From contig JAHLWZ010000417.1 of assembly GCA_020536535.1 (NCBI GenBank), forward strand, positions 15,226-79,225: 64,000 nucleotides of DNA, written 5' to 3'. A program made the translations under genes and the position numbers. The number at the start of each line of letters is the position of its first letter. Within the stretch, counting starts at the first letter, position 1. The notes beneath the pieces are model-generated. The model was not told where the DNA came from, made no database searches, and saw nothing but the letters and a program-made list of their open reading frames with translations. Origin of the DNA: Pelomyxa schiedti. Its lineage: Eukaryota; Protista; Evosea. Shown here piece by piece: positions 53,101-64,000 of the stretch.

Positions 53101-54422
53101 AAACTTGCAAGGTCATTGGCTTCATCTTGGAGGTCATTGCTATAGTCAGTCAAATTGGATCCAGATGTTTTGTGTGCACATCTTTCTGTGCATAATCGTG
53201 GAGGAAGTTCATGGTTCATCAAAAGGTGCCACTGATCCATAGAAGGCAAATTTTTCCACGTTGTATAGGCATTGTACTGCCTGATGTACCCATGCTTTTC
53301 CGGGAAGTGCCTCAGGTGGCATGATAGTAGAGTCTCTAAGTTACTGGACTTCAGAATGCTGTTGCAGCTATGAACAAGTGCATGAAGGCGGTTGTGGAAC
53401 GTAAATTCTGTGGCGTGTTCATCAATTATCGGGAAGGTGTTAAAGATCAGTGACTTGAAAGATAGTTGAGACGTGGGTGTGATTGTCCAATCAGACTCTT
53501 TTAGAAGTTATTACATAGTTATGGAAATTAATATATCTCGCATACTAAAACCAGTCCAGTGCAACAATTCGTGTGCAATCTCTACAAGGGGTAGCACAAC
53601 GTGCAAGTGTCCTGTGTCTGCTTGGTTTTGTGCATAAAATACAACAGAGTGAAATAGGGCATTCAATCCTTCCCCACTTCTCGAGGTGAAGGGGGGAACA
53701 ATAATGGAGGAAAGCTCACAGTAATTGTTTGAGATGCTGCCCGCAAGTGGAATGAGTGGTGGTGTTACTTTAGGGGTTCCTAGGATAGAGTTTATTGGCA
53801 AAGAGGGTGATGGCGGAGATGGTGCTGGTGGTGATGGTGAAGGTGAAGGTGAAGATCTGTGATTGGTGTGGGAGATAAACTGAGACTGTGATGCAGCCGC
53901 GGTATCATTTTTAGCAAAGCCGTCTTCAAGAGGGCATGCAGGGGCCGGCAACGAAGTTGAAAAGGGTGTGTCCTTGTCAGAATCCGTCCTGTCGGTAGAC
54001 AAGGGAAGTGGTTTGTCTGTTGACAAGGGTGAAATGGTGTTGTTTCTTTCCTGGGAGCCACAAATTGGTGAATTTGAGCCACTTGTGTTTGGTGTGTTGA
54101 GAGTCAAAGTTCCCCCAGCAGTAGAATTGGACCTGCCTCGGCACTTTGGAGCCTCCGGTTTTGTAGTGATTAAATTTATCAACACTGATAGGATAGAAGT
54201 CCTCGGGCTGTGAGCCGTTGGCACAGATGATGCTGAGGAACTCCCTCCAGGAGGGGAACTTCCCAAAGTGGGAAATAACGGAGGAGGAACGGGAGAGGAT
54301 GGTGCCGTGGGTTGTGTGGGAGCCTGAATAGTGGAGATAGAAGACGGTGTGGTGGGTGCGTGGCTCTGACTATTAGTAACACCGTGGGGCGCAGTTGCTC
54401 CTGGAGGGGTAGTGGGCCACAT
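47200..54422 (-). CDS. ~2,400-aa multidomain protein: nucleotidyltransferase-like + PI3/PI4-kinase-like + LRR + ankyrin repeats
   Basis: Three long ORFs are joined in frame by two short GT-AG introns (near 53500-53545 and 52122-52163). NTase motif LGSSSRLDRTPFSDIE; kinase-like FLKVFPELP, EDSKPSHF and VGVDSDRTF; LRR LTSLKIISC/LQSLCIESC/LKKLVITNC; about 10 ankyrin repeats (GRTALLxAA). Confidence 0.82.
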
Positions 54423-55199
54423 TTGACGTCGGCCGTACTTCCTGCTCTTTCCACTGCATTATATTTGAGAATGGTGGTACTTAAAATTCATATAGAATAT
54501 ATATGAATGGTGCGTTTAAAAAATTGTTTTAGACCGTGGGGGTTTTACAGACCGACGGTTTTTTTTTTTTTTTTGGTGTTTGTTGGTTTTTGTTTTGGTT
54601 GTTTGGACGAATTCAGTCCGAGCCAATAGCAATTAATTTTGTGAGGGTTTCGACAACACTCACCTGCAAACGATGCCTTGATTCGTCGTCACCTTTTGCT
54701 CTTGTATTTTTTTTTCGTACGAAGCGAACGTGATGTTTGATATTTCGCCGGTCTTCGCTGCAGATTTGACTATGGCGTCGCTGCCTTACAAGGAACGCCG
54801 GTTGTTTGATCTCCGATACGCACTGAACCGAAACAACCAACGCCTGCCGTCGCCCTACATTCATGTCACAATTGGCACTGCTCCTTGTACTTGTGGGTTT
54901 TGTTTGCTGGCGTAACGTTTTTACCCACGTGGGGGTCATGCCCTGATTATGGGATTGCCGTCCACTGTCCCGTACACCTGGCGAATTTATTATTTTGGTG
55001 TTGGCATGCGTTACCTGCGGCGATGTTAAGTTGTCAAAATGTCAAGATCTTGAAAAACCAGGGAGAACACACCTCGAGCAGAACTACCAATTCATTAAGG
55101 AAACCGTAACTATCCCGTTGTTGAAGTGTACTTGGCCTGTGGTTTGCGGGTATGTATTGATTGATATAAACCATATTCCTAGCAGGAGGCCATTAGGTT

Positions 55200-57066
55200 A
55201 TGCCTCGATTTGTAAAACAAGCTGTCGTGATCGTGGGGATGCTTTTCTTCGGTACATGTACTGTTGTCATTCAGAAGTACTTTTTCTTTCCTGCCTGCGT
55301 TTCGTCTCATTTGGTTTCCGAACAGAGTTATCTTCAATATGGAATGTGAGTGTATCTTTTGGATATTAACCTTTAACTATACGTGAAATAGCTGCAGGGA
55401 AGGATGGAGATGTTCACAAATTTGAGAAACCATGGTCTGTACCCTTTTAAGTTCTTTGTATTAAATGTCCCAGAAGGTTCCAAACAGAAGTTATGTTTTT
55501 CGGGTGTGAACACTCCCACTTTTTTTCCCCATTTATCTTCCGGCAGCATGTTTGGGTGTCTTGCAGTATACGAGGCCATGCACATTGCCACATATTGTTC
55601 AAGAAAGAGGAATGGAGGTTGAACAGAGTTACTGTGTACTTTTTCTTTATCTAACTTGTTTCCAGAGGAAACTCAACTTCTTAAACCTGGCAACATAAAT
55701 TCCGAGGTGCCTAACAATGTTCTTCCTCTTTGGAAGGTGAGGTTATAGTATCTATATCGTACCTCCTCTCACTGGAGCTTAAGCAATATATGCTTGCAAT
55801 AGCTCCTGCCATGTGCGATTTGATTGCAACCGCTTCCATGAACATTGGATTACTCTGGATCCCTGCCTCTGTCTGGCAGGTCCTTTAGTTGCATTACACC
55901 TATACAGAAATCCTAATACCCAATAGATGTTGCGAGGATCAATGGTAGTTTTCACTGCCGTTTTCAGCAGGGTTTTCTTGAAAAAGTGGTTGTGCCTATA
56001 CCGGTACCCTTGTATCTCCTCTTCTTCTGTAACAAGCTCTACTCTTCAGTTGGATTGGAGTAGGAATTGTGGTAGTTGCTCTGTGCATTGTGGCAATTTC
56101 GTCACTGATGACACCGTGTAACACTCCCAGAATTCCCTTCAGTAGTTCTGGCCATTTGACATCGGAGGTTTGTTCGTTTTTTTCACTGACGAGCAACCTC
56201 TCCCCTTCCTTAGGGTGTAACAACTGCCGAAGAAGTAACCGGCATTCTTCTTGTGGTTGTTGCGTATGCCATCATCCCTGCCAGTTCACTCTTAACCTCT
56301 TGAAGGCAAGTTATCCAGGCTTCACAAATCGTAATTGAGGAGGCTCTCATGTCAAATGTCAAGGTGCATTTTTGCAATTATCTTGATAATCACAGTTATC
56401 AACTTCTGCTAGCTCCCTCCCACTTTGATTGTAGGTCTTGAGGGCCTTTGGGGTGGATTGGCCTGCTCGATCGTACTGGTTATTGTTTACTGGATTCCCC
56501 GTAAATACCTCGAATCCTTTTGACAAAAAATAACATTCAACACAGCCCCTATTGGCGAGGATACAATTGACTCCTTTATCATGATTAGAAACAATGGTGC
56601 CTTGGCTGGCACCATTACTGTTTATGCTACTGCCATTCTGTGTTACAACATGTTTGGGATGTATGGTGAGCATCAATGAGGGAATGTAATTCCAAGTCTA
56701 ATTCCCAAAACAAAGTCACCCAGGTTACCAGCTCAGTTGTACGTACCATCCTGGAGGCACTGAGGACAGCTTGTATCTGGATAGCTGATCTCTTTATACA
56801 TTATGTGGTTACCGATAACCCAGCTTTTGGTGAAGTGTGGGCCGAGTGGAGTTACCTACAACTAGTACCAACCCTCTCAATTTCTGGATCAAACCTTACA
56901 GTTTTCACAGTGTGGCTTTCTCCTCCTTCTTCTTGGAATGTTTGTGTACAATGGGATCGTCCAGATTGATGGCCTCTTCTATCCCACCAAAGAACAACAA
57001 GATGCACTCAACACAAGGCTTGCACACCACGACAAGAACGAGCAAGCAAAAGAAATCTCCAGTTGA
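55200..57066 (+). CDS. SLC35F6: SLC35F6-like drug/metabolite (nucleotide-sugar family) transporter
   Basis: Spliced motifs GMLFFGTCTVVIQK, FEKP|WFQTEVMFF, PAMCDLIAT, SVWQ|MLRGSMVVFTAVFS, RTILEALRTACIW, WSYLQL and GMFVYNG. Confidence 0.85.
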
Positions 57067-57322
57067 AAGTACCAAAAAACAGAAACAAACTCTTTAGACT
57101 CATTTTCATGTGTGAAGTCTGTCAGGCTGAACAAAAAAATTCCAGACCGCCGAATACTGAGCGATGATAACGAAAATGACAGCGTGCCGGTCCGTTGATT
57201 ATTTATTCAGCCAAGTATTGTCGTGCTCCAAAGGAGCTACCGGCCCGTCCTCAGACCCTCAGAAGAACTTTCTCCCTTCTAAATTAAGATCTCTACAATC
57301 AAAAAGGAGGAAAAAAAAGGCA

Positions 57323-59843
57323 ATGTCGACTACGGCTGCGGCGACACCTGCTACCAACAACACCGGATCTAAGACAAAGAAGGCCGATGATGCCGTGACT
57401 TCTGTTCAACGCAACGTCTTGCGTAAGAAGCAACAGCGGCAGAAAAAGGCACAGCGAATAAAGGCGTCCAAGATCGTGCGAAAGCAACTTCGAGAAAAAC
57501 AAAGCCAAGCACCGCAAACTATTTCGGAGCCTCCTGCTACCAATCGTGAGGAGAAAAACATCCAGTTCGGTTATCCGTATCAAAACTTTCAGGGCTATCC
57601 CTATGCCTTCGTTCAGGTTATTTTTTTTATTTTATTTTCTTTTTTGACGTGGACACACAGCAGCCAGTGGAACCACCACAAACAACATCAACTGATCCAG
57701 AGATTGAGTATGTTACAGAAGTACCTGAAGGAGTGGAGGAAGACTTCGCGAAAATATTTTCTCGATTCAGTGGAGAGTCTGGCTCCCAAGTTGATACCAT
57801 TTACAATAAATAAGCACACTTAAACATTCTTCCTTATACTTCTCTAGAAATTGAAGTGTACATTCCCTAACACTTTTCACCATTTCACTTTTTTTCCCTC
57901 CTCTTTTTCTGGGGGTTTGCTTTCCTACACTGCCCTTACTCTCATCTTAGGAAGCAGATCAACAGCAAGATGAGCAAATGGATAACCAACAATCAACTGA
58001 GACCCAGCGTGTGTATACTTCTTCTCAAGAAAAAACCTTTACACTTGTCAGCCACTGAGATACCTGAGAAAAAAAAATTGTCCAAAAAAGAGCGGAAAAG
58101 GACAAAACGTCTAAGTGTCGCAGTACTGAAGCAGCTTGTAAAACGCCCAGATGTTGTTGAGGTTAGTTTGCAAAGATTCTAACTCTGCACTGAGTACCCC
58201 TACAGATACACGATGTGAATTCGGCAGATCCTGGTTTCCTTGTGTACCTCAAGTCATACCGTAACACGGTACCTGTTCCTCGACATTGGTGTCAGAAGCG
58301 CAAGTACCTTCAAGGAAAGCGTGGCATTGAGAAGCCTCCATTCAAACTTCCTGGTAATTTTCAACTTTTAGTTTTCCTTCAGCTCCCTCGAAATTCTAGA
58401 GTTCATTGAGGCCACGGGTATCCAAAGAATACGACAGGCTCACCAAGAAAAGGAGGATCAAAAACGCCTAAAACAGAAGCAACGAGAACGAATGCAACCA
58501 AAGATGGGTGCAATTGATATTGACTATCAAGTCTTGCATGATGCGTTCTTCAGGTTCCAGACAAAACCCAAGCTCACAATTCACGGTGATGTATACTATG
58601 AAGGGAAAGAGTTTGAAGTTTCCTTAAAGGAAAAGAGACCAGGAGAGTTGTCAGATGATCTTAAGGTTGATTCCGCTTTCTTTCTTCGCCATTCTAACTC
58701 GCCCATAGAAAGCTCTTGGTATGCCGGAGGGTGCACCCCCACCTTGGCTTATCAACCAACAACGATATGGGCCTCCTCCATCCTATCCCAATTTGAAAAT
58801 TCCTGGGCTCAACCACCCCATCCCAGATGGTGCACAGTACGGTTTCCATCCTGGAGGCTGGGGGAAACCTCCGTCTGATGAGGTTTGGAGACCCAAACAA
58901 CTCCTCTTTTCACCACTAAACAGACTGGAAAACCCCTTTATGGAGATGTATTTGGTACGACTACAAAGAACATCATTGAGCAACAGGTCCCAGTTGACAG
59001 AACACATTGGGGTGATTTTGAGGAAGAAGAGGCAGATTCTGAAGATGAAGAAGCGGAGGAAGAAGAAAAGCCAGAAGAAGGTGAGCTTTTACAATGTGAC
59101 CCGTGTCCTCTCTCCATTTTTTCCGAATGGGTGTTTACCCATTCTTTCAGGGATCAAAAAAGAACCCTTTGTAACAAGTAAACAGGAGATGAAGACAAAA
59201 TGGATATAGCAACTGACCTTCCAAAGCCTGAAGAAGAACAATCCGGAATTGCTAGTGTTACCCAGGGCCTTGAAACTCCTGACAGCATAAACCTGAAGAA
59301 GTCTCTTGGAACTTTGTTAGCTTTCCTTTACTCATTTCTTTCCTCACTCAACGCAACAGGGAGGAGGAAAAACCACTTTACCATGTCCTGGAGCAACAAT
59401 CGTCCAAAATTGGAGCCTCCATCATGGGTTCGACACACAAGTATAAGTTACCTGGACCAGTGCCAGCTGCAACAACCACCGCTTCATCCTCAACAACACC
59501 TACAGCACCGCTAACGGCCGCCACCCTCGATGCACTCCGCAAAATGGAAACGGCTAAAAGTGGACCAACGGAAGTGTCAGTTACTCTTCAGCCATCAGAA
59601 GTAGAACAACTCGGGGATGCAGGATTCTCCAAGAAGAAGTTCGACGAGGCTTCTGTGCGCCCACACACTGAGGAGCCATCAGGCTCGTTGTCAACACAGT
59701 CTGGGATCACCACACAAGGAGCGGACTCCACCAGGCACAAGAAGGCAGAGACACCACTCCCGGAGGGCACAGAATCAACAAAGGGCAAGAAGGGTGACAA
59801 AGCACCTGAGAAGGAAAAGTCCAAGAAGAAGTTCAAGTTTTGA
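57323..59843 (+). CDS. SF3B2: Splicing factor 3B subunit 2 (SAP145/Cus1)
   Basis: RLSVAVLKQLVKRPDVVE, RNTVPVPRHWCQKRKYLQGKRGIEKPPFKLP, PKMGAIDIDYQVLHDAFF, PPPWLINQQRYGPPPSYPNLKIPGLN and terminal KKFKF. Confidence 0.96.
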
Positions 59844-60172
59844 AGAAATGAAAATTACATTGTGGGTAGCTGGAAAACAACTAAAAGAAGCTTTTTTTTT
59901 GTTCTTGGCACTTATTATTTAAAGCACAAAGTGTTTGGGAGATCAGGAGCCAACAGTATCACCCCTGGTGTTGTTCGACCCTCCAGTGGTAAGTGTGGAG
60001 GACAAAAGGTGAAGTGTGTAAAACGCTGTGTGTGGTATCGAACTTGTTCCAAGGAATAAACAAAACTACTTTTTTTTTAATACATATTGTTCCCACACAA
60101 GTGAGAACAAGTGACATCGCGTGAGTGGGAATGGGAATGGGAACAAATGCACTCCCAGTCTCATTCCTTCAA

Positions 60173-60922
<750 letters not shown>

Positions 60923-61158
60923 TCATCGTTAAAAGTGGTGGCCGCGAACAACGAGGTGCCCACGTTGTCATTTTTTTTTCCTCTTTTTTATTTCGGATCT
61001 GTTTCGGAGAAGCCAAACTGGTGCTCTCGAGAGATGCTCCAGGTTAACCCAGAATTTGTAAAGCAACATTTTTCACTATTTATTTTTTGTTGCAGTGTGG
61101 ACGATGAACTTTGAAGGTATTGAAAATTCTGAAACTTATTAAGCAAGGCAGCCACATT

Positions 61159-63421
61159 TCAAGCCATTTGAAGCCATATTTGAGTATCAGGGAACCAACT
61201 CAGGGTACTGGTCATACGAATATCATCCAGTGTGATGCCGAACTTGTCCATTGTGAAAATGGCATGGAATGGGGACAGAACCACAATGTACATCAAGTGA
61301 TCACGGATGATCTGGGAGTTGATAGTTGGGAATCGCTTGACGATCATCTTCCATGCTTGCACGTCCAGAGAGTGGAAGGAATTCGAGGAGTTGGAACTGA
61401 CTTCATCACTGTACCAATTTAAGACCATGTCGATAATCTGGGCTTTGGTTAGAAACAGATGTGAATGTTGTGCGAATTCTACACACGTCTTCAAGTGTAA
61501 TGCTAAATGATTCCAGAAGCCACTCGGCACACTGGTTCTTCCTCATGGAAAGTAAATTGCACAGAAGGAAACTGTGGTTTGCTTTGATGTGAATTGAATC
61601 GAGATGGAAGTGACCTATCACCCACTTCACAACCTTGCTTGAGAATGTCCTGCATTCAGAAGATGTCAAACACGTAGATACAAAATCTTGGGTCAGCAAC
61701 GACAGCAAGGTAGTTGGGAAAATCTCAACAAAGTGTTGGATTGTGATTACATCGGCTTTAAGAACAGTATTCCAGAGGTCCTGCAAAAGTGCCTCTTCAA
61801 TGGGTGGAGTTAACTCAAATTGCGGGAATGTCTCCAGTAGTAATAAAACAGAGCCCCAATCCCAGCATCCCTCTGAAATTTGTGAAATCGCTTTCTGCAC
61901 GGAGGTTGCACTTATTTCACGAGGTTTAGAGAGGCGATCAATGAACCACTTCAATCCCCGCACTACGTCATCACAGTCATCCCCAGTCTTACTTATTTCT
62001 ACCAAAGTGGAACTTGCAAGCTCAGGGTCAGAGTTAACAACATCCATCAAATGGAAGGTGTCTTCCAGCCAATCTGCAACTTCTCTATTACTCCATTGGA
62101 GCGCCCTCTGCAGGGTGTTCAGTAAGTCAGACTGGGAGAGTGTCAGCCTTGTGGATAGCCACCTTGAAAGTGTGGAACCGCCTGTCTTCATGGAACAGGT
62201 TGTAAAGAGCGTTGACAGCGTTGGTGTGAAGTGCTTCTCTCGAATGAGCCACTCGGCTAATGAAACATTGCCAATGTGTCCAACCAACTTCTCAAGTGTT
62301 TTTTCACTTTCTTCAAGATTCTCCAAAAGCCACATGGCGATATCAGGGTTTTTGATTGCCAGTAAATTGTACTCTTGTTTAATCATGTCTATTTGCCACT
62401 CTCCCGCCAACCACTGGCACAATTCAAGAGAGCTATGCTTATTCCCTAAAATAAATACAAAGACACTTGGCCTAACTCCTTGTGGAAACTTCTCCAGGCA
62501 CCACTTCAAATTTTCAGGGTGTCTCCCTATTGCGCAACTCTCAGTCAGTGATTCCAGGGTGGATAGTGATAGTGTATTTACTAAGTCAAGTCCATCGAAC
62601 AACATCCACCCGGCGATGTCCAGGTGGCCTTTTCTCAGCGCTATCCACAGTGGATCACGAAGCATCCACCTGGCGTTCTCTTTCCCGATGCCTATCAGCG
62701 AAACCAACCACTTCACCACATCAACACCACCCACCCCGCACACCTCATTCACCAACCCTTCACTCTGCAACACTTCCACCACACTAGTATCCTCACAAGA
62801 ATCCCTTTTAATGCCCCTTTCGCTCTCAGAAGCAGTAATAATAGCAGCAGCCGTAGTAGCATAAATTCCTGCATTTGGCCTCACAATGCACTCACTCCCC
62901 CACCCAGCAACACTCCTCCCGTCCCATAATTTAGGCAGAGTGCCGGCGCCCGCGGGCGTGCCCACCAACTTCTGCGCGGCGCCGAGCTGCCCAGCGAGGC
63001 ACAGGCCCCTCAGCACCGCGACGACTTCCTTGGCAGGAAGGCTCCTCCGCTTGTGGGCCACGAGCCACGCGACGCACGCGGGGCTGCCGGCCGCGGCGGC
63101 GTCGGCGATCGCGTTGTAGGTCGACTTGTGGCGCAGGCGGCACGCGGCGACGGCGCGGCGGCAGGCGCGGGCGACGAGGGGGAAGAGGGCCTCGGCGAGG
63201 CTGAAGAGCGGCGCGTTGGGGGGCGTGAGGCTGCACTTGAGCAGCGCGGACGTGGTGGTCGCGGTGCCCGGGGGGTCGTGGGGCCCCAACCACCCCGGGG
63301 ACACGACGGCGTCCCATAATAGGCGGGACAGAGCGAGCACGCGGCGCATAGGGTCGCTACGGCCGGCGGCCTCGTGTGTGGCGACGGTCGTCGTGGTGTC
63401 GGCCGCTACACCAAGCGACAT
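61159..63421 (-). CDS. Lineage-specific degenerate ankyrin-repeat protein
   Basis: Recurring helical units (GSPACVAWLV, GGVDVVKWLV, GHLDIAGWML, LELCQWLA, NREVADWLE). One intron (ITLED|IIDM) links to the last exon. First ATG at 63421. Confidence 0.7.
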
Positions 63422-63649
63422 GACACAAGAGTTCGAACTGTTAGTGGAAAAAAGAGCGGCCGCACACAAATCCTTGTCTGCACCACTTTCACTGGAGGAA
63501 CCCACAATTTATTTGCTTACACAGCACCACCACAATGGCAGGTACACAAGAGCAGCTGTACTACTGATTGGGTGTGGTATCTACTATTAGTACTGCATTG
63601 TGTTTTTAGTTTGTGGGTGTTGTTTGTTCCAGCGCATATCTGGAGCCCA

Positions 63650-63752
63650 GGGGCGGTCATTTTACATAGAGGAAAAACCACATGCTGTAATTTAGGGCGG
63701 TCACCTATCATTTCCTGTGTAAAATGACCGCCCCGGGGCGGTCATTTTACAC
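63650..63752. repeat. GGGGCGGTCATTTTACA motif cluster including a perfect 36-bp palindrome (63717-63752)
   Basis: GTGTAAAATGACCGCCCCGGGGCGGTCATTTTACAC equals its own reverse complement. Extra half-sites at 63650-63666 and ~63694-63703. Confidence 0.9.
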
Positions 63753-64000
63753 TTTGCATCCTGCAGGCAAAAACTCCAACCAGAGGTCCCACAGAGTGTT
63801 AAACAGGTTAAAAAAGTGTTTCCCCACATTTTCCAGGCGTCGGTGCGCAGGACAAGGCCCTCAGACCCATCGGTCATCAGTTCTCAGAAAAAACTCCGAG
63901 CGAAATCGTGGTGCCGGTTAGTGGCAATGAAGTCCGAAAACGAACCCCCGAAGCACAGGCACAACACACGCAAAACCTCACTACGCCATTCAACTCTTGC

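Noticed and set aside
54500-55190. Short ORFs between the giant gene and SLC35F6
   Set aside because: No convincing splice model or homology; probably divergent promoter and 5' UTR.
61635-62864. 409-aa plus-strand ORF
   Set aside because: Antisense shadow of the 61159-63421 gene.

Overview
Gene-dense eukaryotic (protist) genomic DNA in the standard code, with many very short (~40-60 nt) spliceosomal introns and short intergenic spacers. The ORF track is therefore fragmented and I joined exons by hand. The gene families and intron style resemble an amoebozoan, possibly a Pelomyxa-like archamoeba (inference, unverified). About 21 genes are supported: a USP48-like deubiquitinase with a C-terminal NZF finger, a nucleoside hydrolase, an enlarged ELAPOR/KIAA1324-like receptor, two dual-specificity pseudophosphatases, RPP30, a VPS9 GEF, a TRIM-like protein, an ankyrin/PINK1-like kinase, two RING proteins, CEP95, a glucokinase with a possible membrane anchor, a small 'FVSNSSS'-motif protein, SLC35F6, SF3B2, ARF1 and a degenerate ankyrin protein. 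Two genes stand out. (1) A single spliced gene fuses a GPR137/TOM1-like 7TM domain to a C2 + INPP4 phosphoinositide 4-phosphatase (42861-46955, minus). (2) Next to it is an intron-poor ~2,400-aa nucleotidyltransferase / PI3-4K-like kinase / LRR / ankyrin protein (47200-54422, minus). I recognised no rRNA, tRNA or CRISPR. Exon boundaries are manual readings and need RNA-seq confirmation.
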